64,000 nt of DNA from an uncultured virus (IMG/VR IMGVR_UViG_3300043429_001189) (IMGVR_UViG_3300043429_001189:62001-126000); one strand, 5' to 3'; shown: positions 9,227 through 20,169, numbered from the stretch's first letter. Made by a program: numbers and translations. Notes: generated by a model from the letters alone, not told the origin.

Positions 9227-10788
9227 TGCGGATTGTATATATTACCCAATCTAGCTTTTACTATATCTGGGCCTGTTAAAATATTTTTAGGTAAATTTGA
9301 CGAAACTAAACTTGAATTAGAATTAATGTTGTCTTCGACTGTTTTACCTAAATCGTTGGAAATTAAATTGGGATTATTTAGTTGCAAATCTTCAACCGTA
9401 TTTCCTATATTATTTACAATTAAATTTGAGCCACCTGGGTCTTGTAATGTGTTACCTAAGAAATTCGTTAATAATTCAACTTCTTCACCAGTTAAACCAA
9501 CATTACCTAAACTATTTGGATTAATGCCGTTTTCGGCTGTAAATTGTTGAAGTACATTTTGAAACGTTGCCAGTGGATTATTTTGTAAACCTTGTAAAGC
9601 ATTAATTGTAGTTGATGCCGAAAACCCGTAAACATTTTCAAGACCAGCCGCTGTAATTATTTTACGAGCAATATTTATCAAAATGTCTTCTGGATCAAGA
9701 CCGCGTAAAGTACGTTCAGGCTTTTTTTGTTCAACCGGAGAAACCGCAGGTTTTGGAGGAAATACTGATTCGCGTGAAACGGTATTTGCTGCACTTGGCT
9801 GTGTTGCGGAAAAATTTTTACCGCCCAATGTTTCGTTGATTGTCCTTGATTGTGTGTTTAAATCTTTTATGTCATAACTATAATCGGCATTATAATAAGA
9901 TTCTTTTAAAACCGCTCCTAATAATCCGTATGAATTAACTTCAGAAATGTATGGTGTATTAATGATAATTTTATTAAGAGCTCTTGATTCAACTATTTTG
10001 GCAACAGATTCTAAATAATTTGGAGATGTTTCAATTATATCAAACGTACACATATCAAATCTAAAGGACAAAAATGTTGTTGTTGACCAAGGAGCTTTTA
10101 AAGATTTTTGAGTGTCAGAAACAACAGCAGAAGGCGAAGCAGCATTTGCAAAAACTCCATTAATATCACTTAAAATTACGCCGGTGTATGTGTTGTCGTT
10201 GTTAACATTAGTCCAATTGCTTAAGGAAGTATGCATAGGTCTTAATTCAGCAACAACAAGTTCCATTGCAAACATTCTTTGGTTTTCAGGTAGTGCATAT
10301 CGCATCCATCCTGTATCAAAAACGGCCTTTCTGTAAAGATCCATTAAATATGTAATCTTAAGATCTATTGATTCCTCAGTTTCAAATGTTAATTTTTTAT
10401 CTTTACCTCTAAATGAATTGCTAGGATTAATTTTCCAAATGTCTGAAAGACCGGAAACCTTTGTAAAATACCACGGAGCTTCTTTAAGAATTTGTAAAAA
10501 ACCAAGTTTAAATTGCCGTATCATATCAGCTCTTGCCAATTGATTTGTTCTAACAAAATAACTTACCGCTGAATCTGTATCAGTATCAGGCAAAAATAAT
10601 CCTTGAGGAAAATAATCTAAATCAAGTTCACCGCTTGACTTTGAAAAATCTTGTGTATTAATTATTCTCCATTGAAATCCCAAGAATGTAGGATCTTGCC
10701 ATTCAAGAGCATATCCGCTTTGTGCTGTAGAAACTCTGGGCTGACCATAAGTTAAAAAATTCTTGGTTATTGAATCCGTGTATTTCAT
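9223..10788 (-). CDS. Putative tail/baseplate structural protein
   Basis: 521-aa ORF between hub and spike genes; no clear motif. Confidence 0.55.
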   Translation of the reverse strand: MKYTDSITKNFLTYGQPRVSTAQSGYALEWQDPTFLGFQWRIINTQDFSKSSGELDLDYFPQGLFLPDTDTDSAVSYFVRTNQLARADMIRQFKLGFLQILKEAPWYFTKVSGLSDIWKINPSNSFRGKDKKLTFETEESIDLKITYLMDLYRKAVFDTGWMRYALPENQRMFAMELVVAELRPMHTSLSNWTNVNNDNTYTGVILSDINGVFANAASPSAVVSDTQKSLKAPWSTTTFLSFRFDMCTFDIIETSPNYLESVAKIVESRALNKIIINTPYISEVNSYGLLGAVLKESYYNADYSYDIKDLNTQSRTINETLGGKNFSATQPSAANTVSRESVFPPKPAVSPVEQKKPERTLRGLDPEDILINIARKIITAAGLENVYGFSASTTINALQGLQNNPLATFQNVLQQFTAENGINPNSLGNVGLTGEEVELLTNFLGNTLQDPGGSNLIVNNIGNTVEDLQLNNPNLISNDLGKTVEDNINSNSSLVSSNLPKNILTGPDIVKARLGNIYNPQ

Positions 10789-10803
10789 ATTAAAATTATA
10801 TAT

Positions 10804-12330
10804 TTAAGGAGCAGGCCACTCTCTTCTTCTAAGAAATAATGTTTGGTAAAAATCAGGCAAATTTGATTTTTTTCTATTTGAAAAAGTTCCAGCTGGCCCT
10901 ATACGATCAAAATTAAATATCATACCGTCCGTCATATAATAACCTGTATAAAATTGATCCACCGCGGCATAACTACTGTTTTCACCGGAATTTGCAACTT
11001 CTCCTGTTGCATTCATTAATCTTTTTTGATCATCAACAATATTTTGCATTAATATCGGAAGTTTTTCTCCATTTGCAATATTTGGATTCCATCGTTGTAC
11101 ATCAATCTTTATAAAAAGCTTTGAAAGTTCTTCTCGGTTTCTTTGATTATGTATTTCGGAATAAAGATATTTGTCGTGCACATTTTTAGACTGAACACCT
11201 AACCACATTTTTTTGTTTTGTGTTTTCCAATACTCGTATTGCGAAGGCGCTCCTATTGCTGTTGTGCCTTCACTTTTAGGGAATGTTCTACCTTTTAAAA
11301 TAATTTTGTTTTCCTCTGCGCCTGTGGTAGTTAATGGATCTATGTATAAATCCCAATATTTTAAACTTTTTTGGTCAAAAAATTGAACATGCGTTTTATA
11401 TCCCCACTTGTTTGCAACATCAGTACTTTGATTAATTATTTGATATTGTTTTATAAAAAAATTGGTATTTTGAAAATCGGACATATTTGTTAGTACCTTA
11501 GGCATATTAACCTGCCCAGCATCTTTGTAAGGTAAATCATCTGGGTAATATGCTTTAACCAATGAATAATCTAAAATAGCAGCGGGTACTTGACTTTCTC
11601 CTTCAAATTGATTATTTATGTTAATAAAATTTAAATGATAATAAATATCAATAAAGACTTTAAAAAAGTCTGATTGTGTTTTCCAAGAATGATCTGCTAT
11701 ATGATTAATAAAATTAGACATACTATCTCCTGCGCATATCCAATTCATTGAATCATTTGTTGACGTTTCGTTTGTAGCAAATCCCAAGCCTAAATCTTTT
11801 GCTATATTTTGCAAAACTTCAAATGAACTACCTGTATACTCTTTAACAACTTCATCACGTATTCTAGGTATGAATAGTTCTCCTGATATAGCAACTGGAG
11901 CGCCAAGCCCTTCTTCACCGCCTTTACCTATATCAACTTTAGTAATAACATAATCATTTCTTACAGGCTTAAAAACATCATTTTTTGCTCGTATAAAAAC
12001 ATTAATAATATCGCCGTCTTTAGGCATTGCCTGTGATGTAAAAGCGGTTGTACCAACCATGTCAAAAATAACAAAAATTTTAGGCAAAAACCCTGTACAA
12101 TCTATTCTAAAAGTGTCAAGTTCTTGTAAATTAATAACATAGTTGTTAATTGATATTAATGGATATTCTGTTCCTAAATTATTTTGTTCTTGATGACCTG
12201 TCGTTTCTTCTTTTTTGCCTTCAGGCAAATATTCACTTGTTCCTGTAAATACATCAGCAAGCGAAAGTTCATCCAAAACTATTTTTGGTTTAATTAAGGA
12301 TCTAATTATAGTTTTTTCTTCAGATGCCAT
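10804..12330 (-). CDS. Putative baseplate hub protein (gp27/gpD-like)
   Basis: 'SSFEVLQNIAKDLGLGF' and C-terminal 'DQFYTGYYMTDGM...RREWP'; position upstream of gp5-like gene. Confidence 0.6.
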   Translation of the reverse strand: MASEEKTIIRSLIKPKIVLDELSLADVFTGTSEYLPEGKKEETTGHQEQNNLGTEYPLISINNYVINLQELDTFRIDCTGFLPKIFVIFDMVGTTAFTSQAMPKDGDIINVFIRAKNDVFKPVRNDYVITKVDIGKGGEEGLGAPVAISGELFIPRIRDEVVKEYTGSSFEVLQNIAKDLGLGFATNETSTNDSMNWICAGDSMSNFINHIADHSWKTQSDFFKVFIDIYYHLNFININNQFEGESQVPAAILDYSLVKAYYPDDLPYKDAGQVNMPKVLTNMSDFQNTNFFIKQYQIINQSTDVANKWGYKTHVQFFDQKSLKYWDLYIDPLTTTGAEENKIILKGRTFPKSEGTTAIGAPSQYEYWKTQNKKMWLGVQSKNVHDKYLYSEIHNQRNREELSKLFIKIDVQRWNPNIANGEKLPILMQNIVDDQKRLMNATGEVANSGENSSYAAVDQFYTGYYMTDGMIFNFDRIGPAGTFSNRKKSNLPDFYQTLFLRRREWPAP

Positions 12331-12332
12331 AT

Positions 12333-12965
12333 TTAAGAATTATTTCTCAATCTCTGTTTTATCATTCTTGCAACAAATTCACTTTTGGATATTGGATCCT
12401 GTGAATCAACACCTGATCCGCTAACAGCGCCGCCTAAAACTAACTTACCGTTTATCAAAGCTATTTCTTGATCTCCAAAGTCTGCCAAATTAGGAGGGAG
12501 CGCCGGCGCATTATTTCCTTTAGAAGGATCTGGTTTTACAGCTTGACTTCTTTTATCAAAATCTCGCAATCTTGGGTCAACTGTAGATTTTTTCTCAGGA
12601 GTCATATATTGTTTTCTGATATCTTCTCTCTCCTCTGCATTTGTTTTTTGCGGGCGAATAAAATTCTCTGCAGAATTTAAGTCCCACACAGTAAATACTT
12701 GCCCTTCATCAATTGCAAAAGGATTTGACACTGCATTAAATTTTAAAACTTTTTCAATAGGCGAAAGATACCCATACATTTGCTGTGTTATTAGGTCTGG
12801 TCTCATTGCTTCATTTTTCCCAACTAAAAATAAATCAATACCAATTAATGACCCTTTATTTGGCGGATTTGTGTAATCTTTTGGTAAAAAATCAATAATA
12901 ACAGGACTTCTTTCGTCTCTTTGCCATTCAGGTTTATTATCAATTGTACTAGGAAATTCTATCAT
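12333..12965 (-). CDS. Baseplate wedge protein, gp53/LysM-like
   Basis: 'MRPDLITQQMYG...VLKFNAVSNPFAIDEGQV' gp53-like signature. Confidence 0.75.
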   Translation of the reverse strand: MIEFPSTIDNKPEWQRDERSPVIIDFLPKDYTNPPNKGSLIGIDLFLVGKNEAMRPDLITQQMYGYLSPIEKVLKFNAVSNPFAIDEGQVFTVWDLNSAENFIRPQKTNAEEREDIRKQYMTPEKKSTVDPRLRDFDKRSQAVKPDPSKGNNAPALPPNLADFGDQEIALINGKLVLGGAVSGSGVDSQDPISKSEFVARMIKQRLRNNS

Positions 12966-12974
12966 ATTAAAATT

Positions 12975-15254
12975 TTATTTTGAAGGAGGTGTTTGATTTG
13001 TGATAGGATCATCTACTGGATGCGCTGTACCTAAACCATACAAAGAAACATATGCTGATCTTGTTATCGGATCTTTTGCTAATTTAACTGGAGAGTACAT
13101 TTGTTCGTATGCTTTTTCTCCGCCAACAATTGACGGTCTTTGTGCACGATTTCCTTGTACACCTTTCATAAGAGCTCTGCGGGATCCTTGTCCGCCGTTG
13201 CCTGCAGTTGTTGATGATATACCACCTCCAACAACTTCATTACCTGATTCTATCACTTGTCCATCTCTTGTTGTGGTTGATGTAGGTTTATCAACAACCG
13301 ACATTCTAGAACTATAAAACGTATCGGCATATCCTTTAGGTAATGCATATATTCTTCCTTGACCATAGTTAAACATCGATTCTATTGCATCTTTGTCTCT
13401 GGGCATAGCATGTTCCAGTGTGATTGTAATCTTAAGTTCAGTTGGAAAGTCATCAGGACCCAATTCATCATTAAATTCAATTTTTGAATTTGTGCAAATT
13501 AAATTACCTATCATCATTAAAGGGTTAAAAGGACTCCCCACTTGAAGATGCCATTCACCTGTAGGCGCGCCTGTTAATAATGCATGTAATCCTGAAAGTT
13601 GTCCTCTTTGCTGTGTTGTGTTTAACTTCATAAATTCTGTTGCACCTTTTGTTATAATTGTAGCTAAACCGCCTAAAGCGCCGTCCATTGAAAAATTATT
13701 AAATAAGTCGGCTATATTTTTATAAACTGCAGAAAATTGCGATTTAAGAGCATTAAAGAATCCGTTTGGATCACCTTTTAACCAAGCAGATCTTCCAGCA
13801 TCGCCTCCCAAAAACGGATCATTTAATCCACCTACCACGTGAGGAGCAAAACGATTCATACCGCCCCAAAAAGGTGCTGAAGCTGAAGTCATCAACAAAG
13901 CATTTGCAAGAATATCTAATCCTGCAGCCTTTGTGTTAATACCTCCTATACTTCTGATTGAATATTCAAATACAAGATTAATCTCGTGTTTAAAATTTAA
14001 TCCTCGTTCTCTTGCCTGCACTTCAGTTATAACGTTTACCGGTCCTAATATTTTATTAACATACGGGCCATTATTATAAGGATCAATCGGAGTCATTGGG
14101 TCTTTACGATTTTTTGCGCCTTCAGCACCTGACTGTAAAAAACCTAATACTTTAGCAATATTTGCAGCGGGATTATTTATACTTGGTTGTTCGGTTGTTT
14201 GCGACACATCCCATACGTTTGCAGTAACGGGTTTCCATTTTAACCCAGTTTCAATAGGTCCTACTATTGATGAAATTTTATTGCCTGCATCTTCTCCTAA
14301 ATATGTAACCATGGTAGCCACGGGATACAAACGATCAAGCGGAACTTCTTTTCTTGCTTCTTGAGGTGATGTAACAGCATCGCTTACAGGATATGGATAT
14401 CTTCTAAGAGTTACCATATAATTATTTGGAATTTTTTGCCACCATTTACAAAAAACGAAATCTTGATATTTATATGGAAACTTATATGCATTATCTTCTA
14501 ATGTCGACCAATTAATTATATTTGTAGTTGTTGGCGTTTTTGCTGCTCCTAAATTATCAGTTGTGCCTGGATTATTATAATCATAAAATCTAGGTTGATT
14601 TGATCTGTCTACTAAGTTTTTATTTTTTCCTTTACCACCTGCTGCTTGTAAATTTATGTATGCTTGCTCACTCATGATAGCAGGAACACCATAAAAAGGT
14701 GTAAGGTCAGACGTAACTACACTGTTATTATTTGCTGATTTTGGTATGCGTGGGTCATCTGTTTTTTTCGGCGGAATCATAAAACCGTCCACTAATTCTT
14801 TTTCTACATCAGTTTGCAAAGAATACAAAACCCGTGGTTGTTTATCTTTGTTATTTGCAACTAAATACACCAATCTTAAGTCAAGCGGCACATTATCATT
14901 CTGAATTGCTTCTCCTTCATCGCTTAAAGGAGTTGATGTACTTGCTGTAGTTGTTGCTGGTTCTTGTTGTAATACTTTTGATATAGTTTGGTCGGGAAAA
15001 TATGTAGATATTAAAGTATTAATTAAACTGATATTTTGTGAAGAATTATTTGCATCAAACTGTTCAGGCAACGTTTCTTGGCCTGTTGATGCTTGTGCAT
15101 ATTTAGAGCCGCCTGTTTTAATTACTCTAATGATAGTGCCAGTGTTTGTTTGGACCACTGTAGGCGGTCCTAAGTCCGAATTAGGATTTCCGCTTTGGAA
15201 ATTATTAGCATCAGTATTTCTGCTAAATGTTAATGACTGTGGATTTTTTGGCAT
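12975..15254 (-). CDS. Putative tail-tube initiator/baseplate protein (gp48-like)
   Basis: 'WHLQVGSPFNPLMMIGNLICTNSKIEF..PTELKITITLEH' tube-fold-like segment; first gene of the structural operon. Confidence 0.55.
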   Translation of the reverse strand: MPKNPQSLTFSRNTDANNFQSGNPNSDLGPPTVVQTNTGTIIRVIKTGGSKYAQASTGQETLPEQFDANNSSQNISLINTLISTYFPDQTISKVLQQEPATTTASTSTPLSDEGEAIQNDNVPLDLRLVYLVANNKDKQPRVLYSLQTDVEKELVDGFMIPPKKTDDPRIPKSANNNSVVTSDLTPFYGVPAIMSEQAYINLQAAGGKGKNKNLVDRSNQPRFYDYNNPGTTDNLGAAKTPTTTNIINWSTLEDNAYKFPYKYQDFVFCKWWQKIPNNYMVTLRRYPYPVSDAVTSPQEARKEVPLDRLYPVATMVTYLGEDAGNKISSIVGPIETGLKWKPVTANVWDVSQTTEQPSINNPAANIAKVLGFLQSGAEGAKNRKDPMTPIDPYNNGPYVNKILGPVNVITEVQARERGLNFKHEINLVFEYSIRSIGGINTKAAGLDILANALLMTSASAPFWGGMNRFAPHVVGGLNDPFLGGDAGRSAWLKGDPNGFFNALKSQFSAVYKNIADLFNNFSMDGALGGLATIITKGATEFMKLNTTQQRGQLSGLHALLTGAPTGEWHLQVGSPFNPLMMIGNLICTNSKIEFNDELGPDDFPTELKITITLEHAMPRDKDAIESMFNYGQGRIYALPKGYADTFYSSRMSVVDKPTSTTTRDGQVIESGNEVVGGGISSTTAGNGGQGSRRALMKGVQGNRAQRPSIVGGEKAYEQMYSPVKLAKDPITRSAYVSLYGLGTAHPVDDPITNQTPPSK

Positions 15255-15273
15255 TTATAATTAGACATTTTTT

Positions 15274-15309
15274 TTATATATCCAACAGAATATACAAAAA
15301 GATATATAA
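15274..15309. promoter_or_regulatory. Divergent pair of GATATATAA promoter motifs
   Basis: One copy on minus at 15274-15282 (before 15254) and one on plus at 15301-15309 (before 15325). Confidence 0.6.
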
Positions 15310-15324
15310 AGAAAAAAAATATCA

Positions 15325-15726
15325 ATGTATAAAGTTAAAACCTATGAAGAGTATTTTCCTAAATGGGTTAGCGATTCAACTGAGGATAGGAAAAAAGCTC
15401 AAATGAAAAAGCAAGCAAAAATGGACGATGACGATCCTTCTGCATATAAAAAAATGCCAGGCGACACAAAAGGAAAAGATAAATTAAAAAAATCTAAACA
15501 TACAGTTAAATACCATGAATTGTATGGGAAGAATAATGAAGAAAAAGAAGGTGGTATGTATTTATCCGCATTGAATAATATTGTTACGCACTCAAGTGAA
15601 ATAATCAATCTTATAGATGAAAATATGGAATTGCCTGCATGGGTTCAGGACAAAATAACATTATCTGAACATAACATGGATGCTGTGTTAAATTTTTTAA
15701 AAACTACTATGAATGATGAAATATAA
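15325..15726 (+). CDS. Hypothetical protein
   Basis: 133 aa; begins MYKVKTYEEY (capsid-targeting-like). Confidence 0.7.
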   Translation: MYKVKTYEEYFPKWVSDSTEDRKKAQMKKQAKMDDDDPSAYKKMPGDTKGKDKLKKSKHTVKYHELYGKNNEEKEGGMYLSALNNIVTHSSEIINLIDENMELPAWVQDKITLSEHNMDAVLNFLKTTMNDEI

Positions 15727-16783
15727 AGATTATTTACTTAAAAACTTTAATGATCATACGGTTTTAAATTACCCACAAACTCCTGAAGAATTTAAAAAGA
15801 TAGTAATGTTTTCAACAATGAGTCAAGAACAGGAGCAAAATCCTACAATTGTTGAAAAAATTAAAAAGGTTTTTTTATATCAAGATGATGCTGATGATTA
15901 TGCTTGTTCTTTAATGGAAAAAGAAATGCCCCTTTTACTTTGGGGTAAAAAAACTTTAATAGAAGAAAGCCAAATTCTTGCAATGACAAAATTTGATCCT
16001 TTTCCAAAAGGAATTTATAATAATCCAAAAAGTATAATTACAAGTAAAAAAGATTTAACTCAAATATATCAAAAAGAAAATTACAAGTTTTTGCCCAAAA
16101 CGTATTTTAATAAAAAAGATGCATTAGAAAATTTGGATTTTCCTATTATAGGTAAATCTTTAAACTCTTTTCAATCAAGAGGAGTTATAAAAATAAATAA
16201 TAAAAAGGAGCTTTCAGAATTATCAAATGAATACGATATTTTTCAACAGCAAATTAAAATTTCAAATGAATATCGTTTTATTTTTTTTAATGGATTTAAC
16301 ACAGAAATAACATTATTATGCGGCTTTCATCGTAAACCTACCAACAAAAAGGCAAAAGATTTACGTGAGGCTATGAGTTTTACTTCTATGAAAGAAAAAC
16401 AACCTTCAGAATTTAAGTGGACGCAAGTTGATATAAATAAATTTGCAGATAAAGATCTTTTTGAAATTGCATCAGCTGTATTTAAACATAGCCCAGGATT
16501 AAACATAGTAGGAATTGACGTTGCTTATGAAAAAAATAACTCTAAACCTTATTACATAGAGCAAAATATAACACCTAGTATGATAGCTAATGTACCTTTT
16601 TTGGTATATAAATTTATTTATGAAGATGCATTTTATCCTTTAAGTAAATATACAATACAAAGATTGGAACAACTATCGTTAGGATATATTATCAAAAGAC
16701 TTAAAGAAGACGATCTATTTGATGTAGAATCTCAATATGCTGGAATAAATTTAAAAGGAATTTCATATTCCGAAATAATGTAA
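15713..16783 (+). CDS. ATP-grasp (RimK-like) ligase
   Basis: 'LPKTYF..FPIIGK...GVIKI..IFQQQI..EYRF..VGIDVA..YYIEQNITP' ATP-grasp motifs. Confidence 0.75.
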   Translation: MMKYKDYLLKNFNDHTVLNYPQTPEEFKKIVMFSTMSQEQEQNPTIVEKIKKVFLYQDDADDYACSLMEKEMPLLLWGKKTLIEESQILAMTKFDPFPKGIYNNPKSIITSKKDLTQIYQKENYKFLPKTYFNKKDALENLDFPIIGKSLNSFQSRGVIKINNKKELSELSNEYDIFQQQIKISNEYRFIFFNGFNTEITLLCGFHRKPTNKKAKDLREAMSFTSMKEKQPSEFKWTQVDINKFADKDLFEIASAVFKHSPGLNIVGIDVAYEKNNSKPYYIEQNITPSMIANVPFLVYKFIYEDAFYPLSKYTIQRLEQLSLGYIIKRLKEDDLFDVESQYAGINLKGISYSEIM

Positions 16784-16784
16784 T

Positions 16785-17837
16785 ATGTTATTAAAATACG
16801 ATAGTTTTATAAAAAGACCGTTTAAAATAGGATTTTTCGGTGACATGGGATGTGAAACCATGCAGGTAGATACTATTATTGATTCAGATCCATTAATGTA
16901 TATCAAAAAGTGGATGAATTCTTTAGATTTTAAAGTAGGCCAACTTGAAACAACTTTCAGTGGATATGAATCAGATTATCCTAAATTTTCATCCTCTGAT
17001 GTCTTTGCAGAATACTTAAAAAACAATTTTGATTTATTATTAACAGCAAATAACCACAGTTTAGACGGAGGAATTAAAGGTGCTGTGCGCACATCTAAAA
17101 TATTAGATGATTTAAAATTACCACATATAGGAACAGGGTTTATAGAAAAACCCAGAACTTTATATGACACAAATATAAACGGTTATACCGTAACATTTTT
17201 AAATTACGTAACATCAATCAATGGAGAAAAAAGCAAAAAGGAAGGCAAAATTTTCACGGACATTAATTCCGAAGAAATCCCATCAGGAGTCGTCAATTTT
17301 TACGATGAAGCCGAAATTAAAGAAAAGATTAATATTGCGAAAAAGAGAAGTGATATCATCATTCCTACAATCCATCAAAGAAATTCAAGAAAAATAAGGG
17401 AATTTGGTGAATACGCAACAGAAAAACAAATTGAAGATCTTGAAGCAATATTGGACATGGGTGCCAACATCGTCGTCGGAGCTCACCCTCATGATTTTCA
17501 AGGCGGCCGACTTTATTCAGAAAATCGCATTATCATTTATTCTTTAGGTAATTTTTATAGTGCAATGACTAATAAAAAATATCCAGTCAATTCAGGATGT
17601 GTTATGGTAATAACGTCAGACTCATATCAAAATTTAAGATATTCATTTTTACCTGTTTGCACATATAAAACAAATAATTTCTATTATGTATTACCAATGG
17701 CGCCTATTGAGGTAGGTGCTTATAAATTTATTAACAAGGATGACAGATATGAAATAACAAAAAAATTACAGGAAATTAGAGGGGTATTAAAAAGATGTGA
17801 TTTATCTGAAGAGGTTATTCAAATTCATCATTTATAA
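16785..17837 (+). CDS. CapA/PGA_cap family metallophosphoesterase
   Basis: 'FFGD', 'QLET', 'ANNHSLDGG', 'VVGAHPH', 'YSLGNF' motifs. Confidence 0.85.
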   Translation: MLLKYDSFIKRPFKIGFFGDMGCETMQVDTIIDSDPLMYIKKWMNSLDFKVGQLETTFSGYESDYPKFSSSDVFAEYLKNNFDLLLTANNHSLDGGIKGAVRTSKILDDLKLPHIGTGFIEKPRTLYDTNINGYTVTFLNYVTSINGEKSKKEGKIFTDINSEEIPSGVVNFYDEAEIKEKINIAKKRSDIIIPTIHQRNSRKIREFGEYATEKQIEDLEAILDMGANIVVGAHPHDFQGGRLYSENRIIIYSLGNFYSAMTNKKYPVNSGCVMVITSDSYQNLRYSFLPVCTYKTNNFYYVLPMAPIEVGAYKFINKDDRYEITKKLQEIRGVLKRCDLSEEVIQIHHL

Positions 17838-18243
17838 AATTAATAGGCTGACATTTTATTATATGAACTTTTTTAGCGGTTGGATAATAAACTATTTCAT
17901 GGAAAAGTTCATATAATTCTTCATTCTTTCCTTTATCCGTTAAAAAAATCACCTTTTCAATCGACGTTTCTAATTCAGCAAAATTAATCAGCCCTTTTAT
18001 ACTTTCATAATTTATGTTAGGATTAATATAAATTATAGACTGCATCCTAGTGCCAGCGGATACAGTCTTTATTTGTTTTTTAATTTTTTCGTTGATTATA
18101 AAATAAGAATAATCGGTTAGATCTTCAGATAAATAACCTAAAGATCTAACCACTTCATTTGTATCTATGATTAATTGTTTTCTTAGATTCAAAAATGCTT
18201 TTCTCAATCTTTCTTTATCACCGTACGTTACGTACAAATTCAT
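17815..18243 (-). CDS. Hypothetical protein
   Basis: 142-aa ORF in operon. Confidence 0.65.
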   Translation of the reverse strand: MNLYVTYGDKERLRKAFLNLRKQLIIDTNEVVRSLGYLSEDLTDYSYFIINEKIKKQIKTVSAGTRMQSIIYINPNINYESIKGLINFAELETSIEKVIFLTDKGKNEELYELFHEIVYYPTAKKVHIIKCQPINFINDEFE

Positions 18244-18551
18244 TATTTATTCTTCTTTTTTCTGGCTTCACGTTCCTCATCTTTTAATTTTTCATTTAAC
18301 AGAATTTGTTCAGCCTTTTCTTGGGTATATCCCATTTTTTCAATATAAAATTGAAGTCTTTTTGTATATAATTGTATTTCATTTTCAATCGCTATTGCTT
18401 CAAGATTTTCTTTGCGATCTTTTTGAATAGCTAAACTTTCTTCTTTTCTTTTCTGCAAAAGTTTTTCTTTAAGTTCTTTCGGAGCAATTTTTAAAAGTTT
18501 ATTTATGCCTAACTGCTTGTCAATTTTTCTTCTTTCTTTGCGATTATACAT
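18243..18551 (-). CDS. Hypothetical basic protein
   Basis: 102-aa ORF, NRKERR N-terminus. Confidence 0.65.
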   Translation of the reverse strand: MYNRKERRKIDKQLGINKLLKIAPKELKEKLLQKRKEESLAIQKDRKENLEAIAIENEIQLYTKRLQFYIEKMGYTQEKAEQILLNEKLKDEEREARKKKNK

Positions 18552-19089
18552 CTGTTGGTATTGATTTTTGATAAAAGAAATTAAATAATCTTAAAAATGC
18601 CGCAAGCGGAAGTAATTCATCAGTTGATAATCCTTCGTTTGCAGGTGCTAAATGAAATGTTGACATTTCTTCTTTTTTGCTTCCATCTCCTGTTGCCTCG
18701 CCTAAAGTAAGGCCAGATACATCAATAGCAAAAGTAGGTATCATTCTATCGCTATCTTTATATGGATAAAAATTTCCTAAATAAATTATGCGTCCTATCT
18801 GATCTTGTGGACATTCAATTCCGCCTTCTTCTTTTAATTCACGTATTACCGTTTGAACCAAATCTTCATCCTCAGTTTCAACCGTGCCTGTTATTAATGT
18901 GTTTGCATAGCCACTTTCTCTAAAAGGATTATATTCTTTTAAAAAACCTATTTTATCCACAATATTATGTTCATCAACCGTAAAGGGCATCACTGCAATT
19001 GACATAGTTTTAGCCTTTAGGCCTATTTGGCCTTCTATATCAATTACATCAAATTTTTTGGAACTATACAGTACTTTGTAATCTTTCAT
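18544..19089 (-). CDS. NUDIX hydrolase
   Basis: Nudix box 'GTVETEDEDLVQTVIRELKEEGG'; start moved to MKDYK (19089). Confidence 0.85.
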   Translation of the reverse strand: MKDYKVLYSSKKFDVIDIEGQIGLKAKTMSIAVMPFTVDEHNIVDKIGFLKEYNPFRESGYANTLITGTVETEDEDLVQTVIRELKEEGGIECPQDQIGRIIYLGNFYPYKDSDRMIPTFAIDVSGLTLGEATGDGSKKEEMSTFHLAPANEGLSTDELLPLAAFLRLFNFFYQKSIPTDV

Positions 19090-19618
19090 TGCGTTTATTT
19101 TTTGTGGTTTTAACTTTTTTATCAAATGCTTTTTGCGCAATTTGTTCAGCAATCTTTTCTTTAATTGCGTCAGTCTGAATTGATGATGCTAAAAATTTTA
19201 GAATTTGTTCTTCTCCATTATCATAAGATGCTGATAAAACTTTCATTAATTCAACAGAAGGCAGATTAACATCAACTTCAATTGTGAATTTTTCTTTGGT
19301 TTTTTTGCTACTATGCAAAAGCTGTTCAAGCGGAGATAGCGCAACTTCTTTACTTGCTGTTATATCAGGCAAGTTATTTTTTTGAACCGCTTTTTTAACT
19401 TCTTTAACAGGTTGCGGCATTAAATCGGATAAAAACATTGCCTCATTTTCACTTGGAATTTCGATCAAATACTCATTGATAAGTAAAGTATTAATCATAC
19501 TGCCATCATTAAAAACTAAGTACTCGATATTATCTTCTTTCCAAATTTCCCCCGAAGATTTAACTATTGTTCCAACTTTGTCACCTTTAGTCCATTGATA
19601 AATTTGTTCTTTTGTCAT
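19064..19618 (-). CDS. Hypothetical protein
   Basis: Start moved to MTKEQ (19618) to remove overlap with the upstream ORF. Confidence 0.65.
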   Translation of the reverse strand: MTKEQIYQWTKGDKVGTIVKSSGEIWKEDNIEYLVFNDGSMINTLLINEYLIEIPSENEAMFLSDLMPQPVKEVKKAVQKNNLPDITASKEVALSPLEQLLHSSKKTKEKFTIEVDVNLPSVELMKVLSASYDNGEEQILKFLASSIQTDAIKEKIAEQIAQKAFDKKVKTTKNKRNERLQSTV

Positions 19619-19643
19619 TTCTTTAATTTTAGTATATATTGGG

Positions 19644-19970
19644 TTAGATAATGATGTGATTTTTGTATTCTCGATGGTATTCTCGCATCCATTCTTCTGA
19701 GAAACCTTGGGCTGCCCACGAAAGGTAATCCTCTCTAAAAATTGCAAGAAATTCTTCAATGTGTTTTTCATAATTACCTTTGCTGAGCTGATTAAGTTGA
19801 TTGACAGGTATTCTAAATGTATGTTTTGTTCCTTTAATTCTCCAAAACATATTTATTAAGGTTCCAACATATCCATAACCATATTCTATTATTAAAGGAG
19901 TCCATTTTTGTGGTTTAATTTCAATTTCTGTTATACCCCACAACTCATCAAAATTTTTATGATACGGCAT
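19644..19970 (-). CDS. Hypothetical protein
   Basis: 108-aa ORF. Confidence 0.65.
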   Translation of the reverse strand: MPYHKNFDELWGITEIEIKPQKWTPLIIEYGYGYVGTLINMFWRIKGTKHTFRIPVNQLNQLSKGNYEKHIEEFLAIFREDYLSWAAQGFSEEWMREYHREYKNHIII

Positions 19971-19974
19971 GAAA

Positions 19975-20169
19975 TTATTTTTGAGTATTTTCGGTTGTTT
20001 CTAATGTTTTAAGCAAAAGTTCCAAAATATCTTCTCGTTTGATATTATGTAATTCTTGCATATTTTCTAAATCTTGTTTCATAATACGAATGGAGCCGTG
20101 TACTTCTTCTCCATTTGAAATTTGGATTACTAATGAATCCCAATCATAAATAAAATTTTCTTGTGACAT
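19975..20169 (-). CDS. Hypothetical protein
   Basis: 64-aa ORF directly after a promoter motif. Confidence 0.6.
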   Translation of the reverse strand: MSQENFIYDWDSLVIQISNGEEVHGSIRIMKQDLENMQELHNIKREDILELLLKTLETTENTQK

